Source of the DNA: a bacterium
GTDB taxonomy: Bacteria; SZUA-182; DTGQ01; JAFGSM01
Length of the DNA: 51,636 bases
Direction of reading: 5' to 3'
Assembly (NCBI GenBank): GCA_049472295.1
Contig: JBLIRM010000001.1
Coordinates: forward strand, 1-51,636
Under the pieces are notes generated by a model. That model was not told where the DNA came from and did no database searches. It saw only the letters and a list, made by a program, of their open reading frames with translations. A program made the translations under genes and the position numbers. This document shows positions 9,194 to 20,524 of this stretch, one piece after another; within the stretch, counting starts at the first letter, position 1; each line of letters starts with the position of its first letter.

Positions 9194-10872
9194 AAAAAAG
9201 CGGCGCCAGGATATTTGTAGACACCTTAGTCGAGCATGGGGTAGATACCATCTTCGGCTTCCCTGGGGGTGCGGTATTACCGATATATGACCAGCTCTTT
9301 CAATGCCCGATCCGTCATATCCTCACAAGACACGAACAGGGAGCTGTTCATGCAGCCGACGGATATGCCAGGGCTACGGGGAAGGTGGGGGTATGCATTG
9401 CCACTTCCGGGCCCGGGGCCACAAACCTGGTCACAGGGCTTGCCAATGCATTCATGGATTCCGTGCCCATCGTGGCATTTACGGGCCAGGTCCCCACCCC
9501 CATGATCGGGAATGACAGCTTTCAGGAAGCGGATATCTATGGGATCACCATTCCAATTACTAAATACAACTACCTTGTCAAAAACATCAAGGATCTGAGA
9601 GGCGTTCTGGATGAGGCATTCTACCTGGCCACGAAAGGCCGACCTGGCCCCATCCTTGTGGATTTGCCCAAAGACATCCAGGCCAAGGAAACGGAAAGAT
9701 ATGAGGGGGAAAGGGTTGAATTATATTCAAACCCCGGTCCCAATCCTGAAGAAAACCGGAAGCAGATCCATCTGGCTGCCGAAACAATAAAGAATGCAAA
9801 ACGCCCTGTCCTCTATGTGGGAGGCGGAGCGATCATTGCAGGTGCGGACAAACCATTAAAAACCCTGGCTGAAAAGGTATCCATCCCTGTGACCACCACC
9901 CTGATGGGCAAGGGTGCCTTCCCTGAAACCCATCCTCTGGCTTTGGGTATGTTAGGAATGCATGGGACCCGCTATGCCAATTATGCGGTGACGGAGACTG
10001 ACCTCCTTATAGCTGTGGGTGCCCGATTTGATGACAGGGTGACCGGGGATGTCAAACGATTTGCCCCTAATGCAAAGGTCATCCATATCGATATCGACCC
10101 TGCAGAGATCAGCAAGATCATAAAAGTTAACATACCCATTATCGGTGATGCCAAGGCCATCCTCTCCGATCTGTGCCATATCATAAAATCCAAGAAACAT
10201 CCCGAATGGCTGGCCAGAATCCAGGAGTGGAAGGAGCAGTACCCTTTGAGTTATGAACATTCCGATCAGGAGATAAAGCCCCAGTTTGTGGTGGAGCAAA
10301 TCTATGAAGCCACCAAGGGAGAAGCCATTATCACCACGGAGGTGGGCCAGAATCAGATGTGGGCAGCACAATTCTATCGATGCAAGTCCCCGAGGTCTTT
10401 TATCACTTCCGGAGGGTTGGGCACGATGGGTTTTGGTTTTCCTGCAGCCATCGGGGCGAAAGTGGGTTGCCCTGATCGTGTGGTATTCGACATTGCCGGG
10501 GACGGGAGTTTCCAGATGACCATCCAGGAACTGGCCACTGCAGCACAAAATAAGATCAACGTAAAGATTGCCATTCTCAATAACGGATTTCTGGGCATGG
10601 TACGCCAATGGCAGGAGATCTTCTTCGATCGCCGGTATTCTCACACCTGTCTGAAGGAGTGCCCTGATTTTGTTACCATTGCAAAGGGATACAAGGCAGA
10701 GGGGATTTTGGTCACCAAGCCGCAGGAGGTCAGACCGGCCATTGAAGAGGCTATAAAGATAGACAAACCCGTGGTGATCGATTTCCGTGTATCACCAGAG
10801 GAAAATGTATTTCCCATGGTGCCCCCAGGGGGGGCTATCAATCAAATGCTGGACAAGGGTGACGAGACATGA
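9190..10872 (+). CDS. ilvB: Acetolactate synthase (AHAS) large subunit, copy 2
   Basis: Same motif set as copy 1: RHEQGA, GPGATN, GDGSFQM..NN. It shares an ATGA start/stop overlap with copy 1. The two are roughly 60% identical by eye. Confidence 0.93.
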   Translation: MKKSGARIFVDTLVEHGVDTIFGFPGGAVLPIYDQLFQCPIRHILTRHEQGAVHAADGYARATGKVGVCIATSGPGATNLVTGLANAFMDSVPIVAFTGQVPTPMIGNDSFQEADIYGITIPITKYNYLVKNIKDLRGVLDEAFYLATKGRPGPILVDLPKDIQAKETERYEGERVELYSNPGPNPEENRKQIHLAAETIKNAKRPVLYVGGGAIIAGADKPLKTLAEKVSIPVTTTLMGKGAFPETHPLALGMLGMHGTRYANYAVTETDLLIAVGARFDDRVTGDVKRFAPNAKVIHIDIDPAEISKIIKVNIPIIGDAKAILSDLCHIIKSKKHPEWLARIQEWKEQYPLSYEHSDQEIKPQFVVEQIYEATKGEAIITTEVGQNQMWAAQFYRCKSPRSFITSGGLGTMGFGFPAAIGAKVGCPDRVVFDIAGDGSFQMTIQELATAAQNKINVKIAILNNGFLGMVRQWQEIFFDRRYSHTCLKECPDFVTIAKGYKAEGILVTKPQEVRPAIEEAIKIDKPVVIDFRVSPEENVFPMVPPGGAINQMLDKGDET

Positions 10873-11351
10873 GACACATCCTTTCGGTATTGGTCAGAAA
10901 CCATGCAGGGGTCCTCTCCCATGTAGCTGGGCTTTTTACAAGACGCTCCTATAATATTGAAAGCCTGGTGGCCGGAGAGACGGAAGACCCTGCTATATCC
11001 AGGATCACAATCGTTGTGACCGGGGATGAAAGGGTCCTTGAACAGGTTATGAAACAACTCCAGAAACTGGTTGATGTAATCAGCGTTTCCGATCTCAAGT
11101 TCAACCGGACCGTATCAAGGGAACTGGCTATTATTACAGTCATGTCAACCCCGCAAACACGGCATGAGATCATCGAGATAGCAGAGGTCTTCGGGGCCAA
11201 AGTGGTGGATATGTCTGATGAAACGATTACCATCGAAATCTCCGGAGAAGAAAGGGTGATCAACAATATTGTCAATCTCCTGAATCCATACGGAATCGAT
11301 GAAATGGCCAGAACCGGCCTGATTGCTTTGGGATTGAGGAGTATAACCTAA
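10869..11351 (+). CDS. ilvN: Acetolactate synthase small (regulatory) subunit, copy 1
   Basis: 160 aa with an ACT domain N-terminus ([30 protein letters not shown]). ATGA overlap with the preceding gene. Confidence 0.9.
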   Translation: MRHILSVLVRNHAGVLSHVAGLFTRRSYNIESLVAGETEDPAISRITIVVTGDERVLEQVMKQLQKLVDVISVSDLKFNRTVSRELAIITVMSTPQTRHEIIEIAEVFGAKVVDMSDETITIEISGEERVINNIVNLLNPYGIDEMARTGLIALGLRSIT

Positions 11352-11363
11352 GGAGATCGTTCA

Positions 11364-11843
11364 TTGCGCCATACGATCAGCGTATTAGTGGAGAACAAAT
11401 TCGGCGTACTGGCACGTATAGCCGGACTCTTCAGTGCAAGAGGTTTTAACATAGAGAGCCTTTCCGTGGGCGAAACCATCGATCCCAGCATCTCCAGGAT
11501 GACCCTGGTGACCACAGGTGATGATCAAATCATTGAGCAGGTCATCAAACAGCTTCGCCGCGTCATTGATGTGATCAAGGTGAGCGATCTTTCGGAGGCA
11601 GAATACGTGGAAAGGGAGATGCTTTTGCTCAAGGTATCTGCAGAAGCACATAACAGGGCGGAAATCCTGAGAATCTGCGATATCTTTCGGGGAAAGATCG
11701 TGGATGTCTCTCCAAAGACCCTGACCCTGGAAGTAACCGGGGTCCAGGATAAAATATTGGCATTGATCGACCTATTAAGGTCTTTTGGAATTATCGAAAT
11801 CGCCAGAACCGGAAAGGTTGCAATGACCCGAGGCAAAAAATAG
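11364..11843 (+). CDS. ilvN: Acetolactate synthase small (regulatory) subunit, copy 2
   Basis: 159 aa beginning [32 protein letters not shown] start with AAGGAG 8 nt upstream. Confidence 0.88.
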   Translation: MRHTISVLVENKFGVLARIAGLFSARGFNIESLSVGETIDPSISRMTLVTTGDDQIIEQVIKQLRRVIDVIKVSDLSEAEYVEREMLLLKVSAEAHNRAEILRICDIFRGKIVDVSPKTLTLEVTGVQDKILALIDLLRSFGIIEIARTGKVAMTRGKK

Positions 11844-11906
11844 GTTTTTCATAATACAATTAAGAACGAAATATTCCGAGAAACTAAACACAGCAGGAGA
11901 AAAACC

Positions 11907-12899
11907 ATGACAAAGATGTATTACGACAAAGATGCGGATTTGGGGATTTTGAAGAATAAAACCATTGCAGTGATCGGCTATGGCAGCCAGGGACACGCCC
12001 AATCCCAGAACCTGAAGGATAGCGGTGCGAATGTGATTGTCAGTGATCTGCCTGGAAGCAGCAACTGGCAACAGGCTGAAAAGGATGGCATGAATATCCT
12101 CCCCACCAATGAAGCCGCAAAACAGGCCGATATCATCCAGATCCTCGTTCCGGACCAGTTCCAGCCCCAGGTCTATGCGAGCCAGATCAAGGACCATCTT
12201 AAAACGGGCAATGCCCTTGTTTTTTCCCATGGTTTCAATATCCATTTCAGCCAGATCGTTCCACCGGAAGATATAGACGTTTACATGGTTGCGCCCAAAG
12301 GTCCGGGCCATCTGGTACGAAGGGTTTATCAGCAGGGCCAGGGCGTCCCATCCCTTATTGCTATTTATCAGAACCATTCCGGAAAGGCGAAGGAATTGGC
12401 CCTCGCCCATGCGAAGGGGATCGGTGCCACCAGGGCGGGGGTTTTGGAAACCACTTTTGCAGAGGAAACCGAGACCGACCTTTTCGGAGAGCAGGTGGTC
12501 CTATGTGGCGGACTCACGGAACTGATCCGCTCCGGATTTGAAACACTTGTGGAGGCAGGTTATCAACCCGAGGTGGCCTATTTTGAATGTCTTCATGAGG
12601 TGAAATTGATCGTAGATCTGATCTATGAGCATGGTATCAGCGGCATGCGTTATTCGATCAGCGACACGGCTGAATACGGTGACCTGACCCGTGGGAGAAG
12701 GATCATCTCCGAGGATACCAAGGATGAGATGAGATGTATCCTGGATGAGATTCAAAGCGGTGAATTTGCCCGTGAATGGATATTGGAAAACCAGGCAGGA
12801 AGACCCGTGTTCAATGCCATTCGCAGACAGCAATCCGAACATATCATCGAGCAGGTAGGAAAAAAACTCAGAAGCATGATGAGTTGGTTGAAAAAATAA
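11907..12899 (+). CDS. ilvC: Ketol-acid reductoisomerase (class I)
   Basis: 330 aa with [19 protein letters not shown] (Rossmann fold) and the LFGEQ..LCGG motifs. Confidence 0.96.
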   Translation: MTKMYYDKDADLGILKNKTIAVIGYGSQGHAQSQNLKDSGANVIVSDLPGSSNWQQAEKDGMNILPTNEAAKQADIIQILVPDQFQPQVYASQIKDHLKTGNALVFSHGFNIHFSQIVPPEDIDVYMVAPKGPGHLVRRVYQQGQGVPSLIAIYQNHSGKAKELALAHAKGIGATRAGVLETTFAEETETDLFGEQVVLCGGLTELIRSGFETLVEAGYQPEVAYFECLHEVKLIVDLIYEHGISGMRYSISDTAEYGDLTRGRRIISEDTKDEMRCILDEIQSGEFAREWILENQAGRPVFNAIRRQQSEHIIEQVGKKLRSMMSWLKK

Positions 12900-12927
12900 C
12901 CTCAGATCCATTCTTGATTAGGCAGAA

Positions 12928-13569
12928 ATGAGAATCCGCATACCAGTCGCTCGAGAAGGTTGGCCTTTCATCCTTATCGGGCTGCTATTTTTATTCGCAT
13001 CCATTGTAGCCGGATATAGGGTCCCGGCCTTTCTTTTCGGAATAGCTACCATTGGTGTGGCCCTTTTCTTTCGGGACCCGGAAAGAAAGATCATCAGGGA
13101 TGGAAATGTCATCCTCTCCCCTGCGGACGGGCGTATCCTGCAGATTTGCACGCCACAGGGGAAAGAAGCGGACAGTGCCCCATCACAAGAGATCCGTATC
13201 TTCATGTCTGTTTTGAATTGCCATATCAACAGGATCCCCCTTTCAGGGAAAATCGTCAAATGCGAATATAATCCGGGAAAATTCCTGCCCGCTTTCAGGG
13301 AGAAGGCATCCGAATTAAACGAGCAAAACACACTCCTTTTGGCAACGGACAGCATGCAAATCGGTATCCGGCAGATCGCCGGGCTCATTGCCCGCAGGAT
13401 TGTCTGCCGTGTCAAACCTGGAGACCTCGTGGAACAGGGAAACCGTTTCGGACTGATCCGGTTTGGCTCGCGAGTGGACCTTTTCCTTCCTTCCCAAGTA
13501 GAAATTCTTGTAAAACCAGGACAGAAGGTCAAGTCAGGGCTGACTCCTATTGCCCGAATTAAAAGATAA
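12928..13569 (+). CDS. psd: Phosphatidylserine decarboxylase proenzyme (short, Asd-type)
   Basis: 213 aa with two N-terminal TM segments and FGSRVD, which contains the G-S self-cleavage/pyruvoyl site. Confidence 0.88.
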   Translation: MRIRIPVAREGWPFILIGLLFLFASIVAGYRVPAFLFGIATIGVALFFRDPERKIIRDGNVILSPADGRILQICTPQGKEADSAPSQEIRIFMSVLNCHINRIPLSGKIVKCEYNPGKFLPAFREKASELNEQNTLLLATDSMQIGIRQIAGLIARRIVCRVKPGDLVEQGNRFGLIRFGSRVDLFLPSQVEILVKPGQKVKSGLTPIARIKR

Positions 13570-13732
13570 TTCTTGCTTTTTATTTTTCATTGCCATATAA
13601 TTCCAACGTTAATAAGCATAATTAATCGGCATCTTCATCCGACTATATATATTTACTACTGATGAATGAATGAAAGTTAGATAGTAATGTTTTTTTTACT
13701 AAACAGTCGATTATAATGATTAAGAGGGGATA

Positions 13733-14500
13733 ATGAAAAAGGGTATATATATACTGCCAAGCATTTTCACATTGGGCAATATGTTCTGCGGATTTTATGC
13801 CATCATTGCAGTGCTGAGTGATCACTTTCAGACTGCTGCCGTAGCCATCCTGCTTGCTGGTGTCTTTGACGCACTCGACGGCAGGGTAGCTCGATTGACT
13901 AATTCATGTTCAAAATTCGGTGTTGAATTCGATTCCCTGGCCGATCTGGTCTCTTTCGGATTGGCCCCCGGAATCCTGATCTACATGTGGGCCTTAAAGC
14001 CCTTTGGAAGAATCGGGTGGCTTGCATCCTTTCTTTTTGTGGTCTGCGGGGCACTCAGGCTGGCCAGATTCAATTGCCAGATCCATACATCAGAGAGCAG
14101 GAGCTTTACCGGGTTGCCCATCCCTATGGCTGCGGGGACCATTTCCTCTTTTATCATTCTAAATCACTTCCTCCTGGGGCCAAACGGAAGAAAGCCCATA
14201 TTGATTGCCATACTGGCCTATGCCCTGGCCTTTTTGATGGTGAGCACCGTCCGATATCGAAGTTTTAAACAGATCAATCTGAAAGAAAAAAAGCCCTTTC
14301 ACGTGCTTGTTATGATACTGCTTTTCTTGCTTGTGGTTGCAGCAGAACCTAGGGTGATGTGTTTCCTGATCTTTTTTGGCTATGTTGTGTCCGGACCGAC
14401 CGAGCTTTTATTGAGGCATGTGAGGGTATTTCATCCCCTCGCCATAGCCAAAAAACATGGGTCGAGGATTATGAAAGGAGATAAAGGTGAGTACCGATAG
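13733..14500 (+). CDS. pssA: CDP-diacylglycerol--serine O-phosphatidyltransferase
   Basis: Carries the CDP-alcohol phosphatidyltransferase motif [31 protein letters not shown] (D-G-x2-A-R-x8-G-x3-D-x3-D). Polytopic membrane protein. Confidence 0.9.
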   Translation: MKKGIYILPSIFTLGNMFCGFYAIIAVLSDHFQTAAVAILLAGVFDALDGRVARLTNSCSKFGVEFDSLADLVSFGLAPGILIYMWALKPFGRIGWLASFLFVVCGALRLARFNCQIHTSESRSFTGLPIPMAAGTISSFIILNHFLLGPNGRKPILIAILAYALAFLMVSTVRYRSFKQINLKEKKPFHVLVMILLFLLVVAAEPRVMCFLIFFGYVVSGPTELLLRHVRVFHPLAIAKKHGSRIMKGDKGEYR

Positions 14501-16031
14501 AATCATCATCTTTGACACAACCCTCAGGGATGGAGAACAGTCTCCCGGAGCGAGCCTGAATATCACAGAGAAACTGCAGATCGCCAAACAACTGGCAAAA
14601 CTCAATGTGGATATTATAGAGGCAGGATTCCCTGTAGCCTCTCCAGGCGACTTCGAAGCAGTCAAAAGGGTGGCTCAGGAAGTCGAAGGACCGGCTGTGG
14701 CAGGCCTTGCCCGGACCACAAAGGGGGATATCGAGCGTGCGTGGGAAGCGGTAAAATATTCGAAACGGCCCAGAATCCACACATTTATCGCCACATCCGA
14801 TATTCACATGAAATATAAGCTCAAAAAGGATAGGAACGAAGTGCTGGCCATGGCCAAGGAAGCCGTGAGCCTTGCAAGATCCCTCTGCCCGGATGTGGAG
14901 TTCTCAGCAGAGGATGCATTCCGGTCGGATCGCGATTTTCTGTGCCGCATGATCGAACTCGCCATCGATTCAGGGGCAACCACGATCAACATACCGGATA
15001 CTGTGGGTTATGCCATTCCCCCGGAATTCGGGGCATTGATCAAACTCATCTGCGAGAGGGTCCCCAATATGGACAAGGCCATCCTGAGCTGCCATTGCCA
15101 TAACGACCTGGGGCTCGCTGTGGCCAATTCACTGGCAGCCGTTGAAAACGGGGTCAGGCAGGTGGAGTGTACGGTAAATGGTCTGGGAGAAAGGGCCGGA
15201 AATGCAGCCATGGAAGAGATCGTCATGTCCATCCGGACAAGGCCGGATTTTTTTGATATACATACGGATATCCGCACGGAGGAGATATACAAAACCAGCA
15301 GAATGGTGAGTCACCTGACAGGCATTGCGGTTCAGAGGAACAAGGCCATTGTGGGCGAAAATGCCTTTGCCCACGAGGCCGGGATCCATCAGGACGGGGT
15401 GCTCAAGGAAAAGACCACTTACGAGATCATGACACCCGAGTCCATCGGGCTGAAGCAGAGCAAGATGGTCCTGGGAAAGCATTCAGGCAGACATGCCTTC
15501 TCTGACCGTCTGGCTGAAATGGGTTATGAGCTCTCCCCTGAGGATTTGAACAAGGCCTTCGATAGGTTCAAGAAGCTGGCGGATAAAAAGAAAGAGGTGT
15601 TTGACGAAGAGCTCCAGGCCTTGGTGGAAGATGAGATATACGCCATTCCCGAGGCCTTCGTGCTGGACTATATCCATATATCGAGCGGAGACCATACCAT
15701 ACCCACGGCTACCATCAAATTGAAAAAAAACGGGGAGATACTGCAGGACTCGGCCTGTGGGGATGGTCCTGTGGACGCCACTTACAATGCCATAGACCGT
15801 CTGACGAAAATGCCGGGCACGTTGATCTCCTATGCGATTAATGCCGTGGCTGGCGGAAAGGATGCCATGGGCGAGGTCAATATCAAGGTCCAGGTAGGTG
15901 ATCAGATGTTCACCGGACGCGGTGTATCCACCGATGTCATCGTGGCCAGTGTCAAGGCATATCTAAACGCCATTAACAAGGCCGTTTACAGGAATGAGAA
16001 AAAGCCGGGGGAGAAACAGCCCTCTCTTTAA
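14487..16031 (+). CDS. leuA: 2-isopropylmalate synthase
   Basis: GTG start. N-terminus [16 protein letters not shown], plus [17 protein letters not shown] and a C-terminal LeuA dimerisation/regulatory domain. Confidence 0.94.
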   Translation: MSTDRIIIFDTTLRDGEQSPGASLNITEKLQIAKQLAKLNVDIIEAGFPVASPGDFEAVKRVAQEVEGPAVAGLARTTKGDIERAWEAVKYSKRPRIHTFIATSDIHMKYKLKKDRNEVLAMAKEAVSLARSLCPDVEFSAEDAFRSDRDFLCRMIELAIDSGATTINIPDTVGYAIPPEFGALIKLICERVPNMDKAILSCHCHNDLGLAVANSLAAVENGVRQVECTVNGLGERAGNAAMEEIVMSIRTRPDFFDIHTDIRTEEIYKTSRMVSHLTGIAVQRNKAIVGENAFAHEAGIHQDGVLKEKTTYEIMTPESIGLKQSKMVLGKHSGRHAFSDRLAEMGYELSPEDLNKAFDRFKKLADKKKEVFDEELQALVEDEIYAIPEAFVLDYIHISSGDHTIPTATIKLKKNGEILQDSACGDGPVDATYNAIDRLTKMPGTLISYAINAVAGGKDAMGEVNIKVQVGDQMFTGRGVSTDVIVASVKAYLNAINKAVYRNEKKPGEKQPSL

Positions 16032-16051
16032 AGCCTACGGGAAACACTCAT

Positions 16052-17329
16052 ATGTCTTTATCCATGACCATCAGTCAAAAAATCCTGGCACAACATGCCG
16101 GAAAGGCCTCTGTCCGGCCGGGGGAGTTCATCAAGGCCAAGGTGGATTGCTGCCTGGGGAATGATATTACCGCGCCATTGGCTATCAATGAATTCGAGCG
16201 GATTGGTGCAAAAAAGGTCTTTGACAGGGAAAGGGTTTATCTGATCCCTGATCACTCCACACCCAACAAGGATATCAAATCGGCCCAGCTCGCTTTGCAG
16301 CTCAGAAAATTTGCCAAGGCGCAAGGGCTGAAATACTATTTCGAGGTGGGTCAGGTGGGGATAGAACACGCCCTGATCCCTGAACAGGGGCTGATTCTGC
16401 CCGGTGAATTGATTATAGGAGCTGATTCTCACACCTGTACTTACGGGGCGATGGGGGCGTTTGCCACAGGTGTGGGCAGTACTGATCTGGCAGCTGCTAT
16501 GATTACAGGGGAGATCTGGTTCAAGGTCCCGGATACTATCAAATTTATTTTTAAAGGAGAATTGAAACCATGGGTGAGCGGAAAAGACCTCATCCTCTAT
16601 ACTATAGGAAAAATCGGCGTGGATGGCGCCAGATATATGAGTATGGAATTCACCGGACCGGCCATCGACGGACTTACCATGGACGATCGATTGACCATGT
16701 GCAACATGGCCATTGAGGCGGGTGCAAAAAACGGCATCATTGCGCCGGATCAGAAGACATTGGATTACTGCAAAGAGAGGGCAGTGCGCAGATTCGAACC
16801 CGTATACGGCGACGACGACGCATCCTATAGGGAGATATACGAATGGTCCGTGGAGGCAATCGCGCCCCAGGTGGCCTTTCCGCATCTTCCTTCAAATACC
16901 AAAGCGATCGACGAGGTGGGCACCATCAACATCGATCAGTCTGTGATAGGCTCCTGTACCAATGGGAGGATGGAGGATTTGAGGATTGCTGCCAAGGTAT
17001 TGAAGGGGAAGAAGGTGCATCCGGATGTGCGCCTCCTGATCTTTCCGGCCACTCAGAGGATCTATAAACAGGCATTGCAGGAGGGTCTGCTGGAGATCTT
17101 CATCGATGCGGGTGCCGTGATCTCACCACCCACATGCGGCCCCTGCCTTGGGGGGCATATGGGTGTTCTTGCAGAAGGGGAAAGGGCCATTGCCACCACA
17201 AACCGAAATTTTGTGGGACGTATGGGGCATCCCCAGAGCGAGGTTTACCTGGCAAATCCGGCTGTGGCAGCTGCTTCCGCTATCCTTGGACGGATAGGCG
17301 GACCGGAGGAGATCAAGAGTGACCGATGA
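16052..17329 (+). CDS. leuC: 3-isopropylmalate dehydratase large subunit
   Basis: 425 aa with aconitase-family Fe-S ligand regions ([21 protein letters not shown]). An alternative ATG lies at 16064. Confidence 0.94.
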   Translation: MSLSMTISQKILAQHAGKASVRPGEFIKAKVDCCLGNDITAPLAINEFERIGAKKVFDRERVYLIPDHSTPNKDIKSAQLALQLRKFAKAQGLKYYFEVGQVGIEHALIPEQGLILPGELIIGADSHTCTYGAMGAFATGVGSTDLAAAMITGEIWFKVPDTIKFIFKGELKPWVSGKDLILYTIGKIGVDGARYMSMEFTGPAIDGLTMDDRLTMCNMAIEAGAKNGIIAPDQKTLDYCKERAVRRFEPVYGDDDASYREIYEWSVEAIAPQVAFPHLPSNTKAIDEVGTINIDQSVIGSCTNGRMEDLRIAAKVLKGKKVHPDVRLLIFPATQRIYKQALQEGLLEIFIDAGAVISPPTCGPCLGGHMGVLAEGERAIATTNRNFVGRMGHPQSEVYLANPAVAAASAILGRIGGPEEIKSDR

Positions 17330-17825
17330 TATGAAAAAGATTAAGGGTAAGGCGTGGAAATACGGAGATAACATCAATACGGATGAGATCATCCCTGCCA
17401 GATACCTAAATACCACCGATCCTCAGGAATTGGCCAGACACTGTATGGAGGATCTGGACCGGGAGTTTGTATCCCAGGCCAAACCCGGAGACATACTGGT
17501 CGGAGGTACAAACTTCGGGTGCGGCTCTTCCAGGGAACATGCACCCTTGTGTATCAAAGCTGCAGGGCTGAGCTGTGTTATTGCAGCCAGTTTCGCCAGG
17601 ATCTTTTTCAGAAATGCCATCAATATCGGGCTGCCCATCATCGAATCCGAAGAGGCATCAACCAGGATACGATCCGGGGACGAGATCGAGGTCCTGGTGG
17701 GAGCCGGCAAGGTCCTGAACCTGACCCGGAACGAGGAATACGAGATCGTCCCGTATCCGCCCTTTATGAAAGAACTGATTGCAAGCGGCGGATTGATGAA
17801 CTATATCAAAGGAGTCATTTCATGA
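17319..17825 (+). CDS. leuD: 3-isopropylmalate dehydratase small subunit
   Basis: 168 aa with [12 protein letters not shown] (aconitase swivel domain). Overlaps the leuC end by 11 nt. Confidence 0.94.
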   Translation: MTDDMKKIKGKAWKYGDNINTDEIIPARYLNTTDPQELARHCMEDLDREFVSQAKPGDILVGGTNFGCGSSREHAPLCIKAAGLSCVIAASFARIFFRNAINIGLPIIESEEASTRIRSGDEIEVLVGAGKVLNLTRNEEYEIVPYPPFMKELIASGGLMNYIKGVIS

Positions 17826-18253
17826 AAAGTTTTTCTTTGATCTTTTTGCTGGCTATATTGTCTTGCTTCTTGATCGTCATTCTGTTTCTGGGGATCGGCA
17901 TCCTGGCCAGCCTATTTTTACCGGTCTCTGCCTTTCAGACCGCTTTACTCCTGATTGCCCCCTTTTGCTGCCTTTTGATCCTTTTCCCTTTGTTGTTGAT
18001 TAATCAAAAGATGGAAGAGATGGTCGTCATGATGGAAGAGGATTATATGCTCTGGGATGATGAGTGGACGGATAATAAAACCAAGATGGAAAAGAAAAAA
18101 AGGACGCGGGCGAAGCAAAGGCAAAACAAGATCATTGTCATGGGAAATTCACCGATCATTGAGCAAGACGCCCCTTGCCCTTGTGGAAGCGGTAAAAAAT
18201 ACAAAAACTGCTGTGGTGAAAAGAATCAAACCAAAAAAAACGAAGGAGAGTAA
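17822..18253 (+). CDS. Small membrane protein with a C-terminal SEC-C zinc motif
   Basis: The ATG at 17822 overlaps the leuD stop (ATGA). The 143-aa product has two or three N-terminal TM helices ([33 protein letters not shown].. and LLLIAPFCCLLILFPLLLI), then an acidic segment and a basic segment, and ends with CPCGSGKKYKNCCG, the SecA-type SEC-C metal-binding motif. The 5' extension in the track (from 17519) lies in an alternative frame of leuD. Confidence 0.7.
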   Translation: MKSFSLIFLLAILSCFLIVILFLGIGILASLFLPVSAFQTALLLIAPFCCLLILFPLLLINQKMEEMVVMMEEDYMLWDDEWTDNKTKMEKKKRTRAKQRQNKIIVMGNSPIIEQDAPCPCGSGKKYKNCCGEKNQTKKNEGE

Positions 18254-18256
18254 TCC

Positions 18257-19327
18257 ATGCATCAAATCGCTGTCATACCCGGGGATGGTATAGGCCCGGA
18301 GGTCGTCAGGGAAGGAATGAAGGTCCTTGATATGGCCTCTCAGGTGACCGGGTTCCAATATAAAGCGCACCATTTTGATTTCGGCGGGGATCGGTATTTG
18401 AAGACAGGTGAGATCATCCCGGACTCGGCCATGAATGAACTGAAAAAGATGGATGCCATCTATCTGGGTGCGGTCGGCCATCCCGAGGTAGAACCCGGTG
18501 TACTGGAAAAGGGGCTTTTATTGAGACTCCGTTTTGAACTGGATCAGTATATCAACCTCAGGCCGATCAAGCTTTATCCCGGGGTATGGACCCCCCTCAA
18601 GGACAAGGGACCGGATGAAATCGATTTCGTTGTGGTGCGTGAAAACACGGAAGGCCTTTATGTGGGGATCGGTGGATTCCTTAAAAAGGGGACAAAGGAT
18701 GAGGTGGCCATCCAGGAGATGATTAATACCAGAAAGGGTGTTGAGCGATGTATTCGTTATGCATTCGATCTCACCAGAAAAAGGAACAAAGAAAAGAAGT
18801 TGACCCTCTGCGACAAGGCAAATGTATTGACCTATGCCCATGATCTCTGGGAAAGGGCATTTGCTGAAGTTGGAGAGGAATATAGGGATATTAAGAAGGA
18901 TCACGCCTATGTGGATGCCACATGCATGTGGATGGTCAAGAATCCAGAATGGTTTGATGTGATCGTGGTATGCAATATGTTCGGGGATATCATCACTGAC
19001 CTCGGTGCCATGATTCAGGGTGGACTGGGAATAGCCGCCTCCGGGAACATCAATCCTGAAGGGGTCTCCATGTTTGAACCCATTCATGGTTCCGCACCCA
19101 AATATGCAGGCAAAGGTGTAATCAATCCGCTGGCCACCATATCCGCCGCTCAGATGATGCTGGAACACCTCGAGGAATACGAAGGGAGCAGGTTGATTGA
19201 AAAGGCCATTGTATCATTACTCTCCAGTGGCAAACTCAAAGATCTTTCCACCAAAAGCGGATATAAGACACATGAAATCGGGGATATGGTAGCGGATCTC
19301 GTCAGGGATCCCAGTCTGGTTAAATGA
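18257..19327 (+). CDS. leuB: 3-isopropylmalate dehydrogenase
   Basis: 356 aa. N-terminus IAVIPGDGIGPEV, plus the isocitrate/isopropylmalate dehydrogenase signature NMFGDIITDLGAMIQGGLG. Confidence 0.95.
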   Translation: MHQIAVIPGDGIGPEVVREGMKVLDMASQVTGFQYKAHHFDFGGDRYLKTGEIIPDSAMNELKKMDAIYLGAVGHPEVEPGVLEKGLLLRLRFELDQYINLRPIKLYPGVWTPLKDKGPDEIDFVVVRENTEGLYVGIGGFLKKGTKDEVAIQEMINTRKGVERCIRYAFDLTRKRNKEKKLTLCDKANVLTYAHDLWERAFAEVGEEYRDIKKDHAYVDATCMWMVKNPEWFDVIVVCNMFGDIITDLGAMIQGGLGIAASGNINPEGVSMFEPIHGSAPKYAGKGVINPLATISAAQMMLEHLEEYEGSRLIEKAIVSLLSSGKLKDLSTKSGYKTHEIGDMVADLVRDPSLVK

Positions 19328-19334
19328 GGTTTGG

Positions 19335-20387
19335 ATGATGGACAAAAAGGATAAATATCGCGTGGCAGTAGTAGGAGCCACAGGGGCTGTGGGCAAGGAG
19401 ATGATCTCGGTGCTGGAGGAAAGGGCCTTTCCTGTGAGCGAACTGATACCAATGGCCTCATACAGAACTGCAGGGACACAGGTCTCTTTCGGCAGGAAAT
19501 CCATTACGGTGAAGGAGCTCAAAAAGGACTCCTTCAAGGAGATAGATCTGGCCCTTTTTTCAGCAGGCGCAAGCGTGAGCCTCAAGTTTGCTCCCCATGC
19601 GGTCAAGGCCGGCACCGTGGTGGTGGACAACAGCAGCGCCTTCCGAATGGACCCCGAGGTTCCCCTGGTGGTCCCTGAAGTGAATCCCGGTGACATTCAA
19701 AAGCACAAAGGCATCATCGCCAATCCCAATTGCTCCACCATACAGATGGTTGTCGCAATGAAGCCGATCCATGACCGCGCCAGGATCAAAAGGATTGTGG
19801 TATCCACCTATCAAGCGGTATCCGGCACAGGAAAAGAGGCCATGGATGAATTATTCGAACAGAGCAAGATGATATTCAATTTTCAAAAAAACGAGATCCG
19901 GCCAAAGGTTTATCCCCATCAGATCGCATTCAACTGTCTCCCGCATATCGACATCTTTCTGGATAATGCGTATACCAAAGAAGAGATGAAGATGGTGAAT
20001 GAGACCCAAAAGATCATGGGGGATGATTCCATTCGTGTCACTGCCACCACAGTCAGGGTGCCTGTGTTTATAGGGCATTCCGAGTCGGTGAATGTGGAAC
20101 TGGAAAAGGATCTATCCCCTGAGGAATGCAGGGAAATCCTAGGAAACAGCCCGGGGGTGGTGATTGTGGATGATCCCTCCCAGAATATCTATCCTCTGGC
20201 TATCAATGCCGCAGGTGAGGACCCTGTTTTTGTGGGTCGCATTCGCAGGGACGAAAGCCTCCCCTCAGGACTTAATATGTGGATCGTTTCGGACAACCTG
20301 CGAAAGGGCGCTGCGCTCAATGCCGTGCAAATCGCAGAGCATCTGATCGGGCACAGGGTCATGGAGGCGGATATAAAGATTATTTGA
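19335..20387 (+). CDS. asd: Aspartate-semialdehyde dehydrogenase
   Basis: 350 aa with VAVVGATGAVG (Rossmann fold), the active-site region IANPNCSTIQ and the GHSE region. Confidence 0.95.
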   Translation: MMDKKDKYRVAVVGATGAVGKEMISVLEERAFPVSELIPMASYRTAGTQVSFGRKSITVKELKKDSFKEIDLALFSAGASVSLKFAPHAVKAGTVVVDNSSAFRMDPEVPLVVPEVNPGDIQKHKGIIANPNCSTIQMVVAMKPIHDRARIKRIVVSTYQAVSGTGKEAMDELFEQSKMIFNFQKNEIRPKVYPHQIAFNCLPHIDIFLDNAYTKEEMKMVNETQKIMGDDSIRVTATTVRVPVFIGHSESVNVELEKDLSPEECREILGNSPGVVIVDDPSQNIYPLAINAAGEDPVFVGRIRRDESLPSGLNMWIVSDNLRKGAALNAVQIAEHLIGHRVMEADIKII

Positions 20388-20524
20388 TGATCCCCTTCTG
20401 ATTACCGATTCTATTGATTATCAGATAAATCCCTAAGAAATCTTTTCATCCGATCCCTTATTTATGCCCTTTGACCTTGCCCTTTTTTACAAAGACCATA
20501 ATTTCCCGTGCGATCAAAACGCAA

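Noticed and set aside
9952-10644. Long antisense ORFs inside core genes: 9952-10644, 11775-12410, 12918-13532, 16058-16885, 18518-19168
   Set aside because: Each lies opposite a gene with unambiguous catalytic motifs (ilvB, ilvC, psd, leuC, leuB). Their translations are Arg/Cys/His/Pro-rich with no recognisable motifs. These are typical shadow ORFs in moderately GC-rich coding DNA.
17519-17821. 5' extension of the SEC-C ORF as given in the track (244 aa from 17519)
   Set aside because: The extension is an alternative frame of leuD with an Arg-rich nonsense-like translation. The ATG at 17822 overlapping the leuD stop gives a coherent membrane protein.
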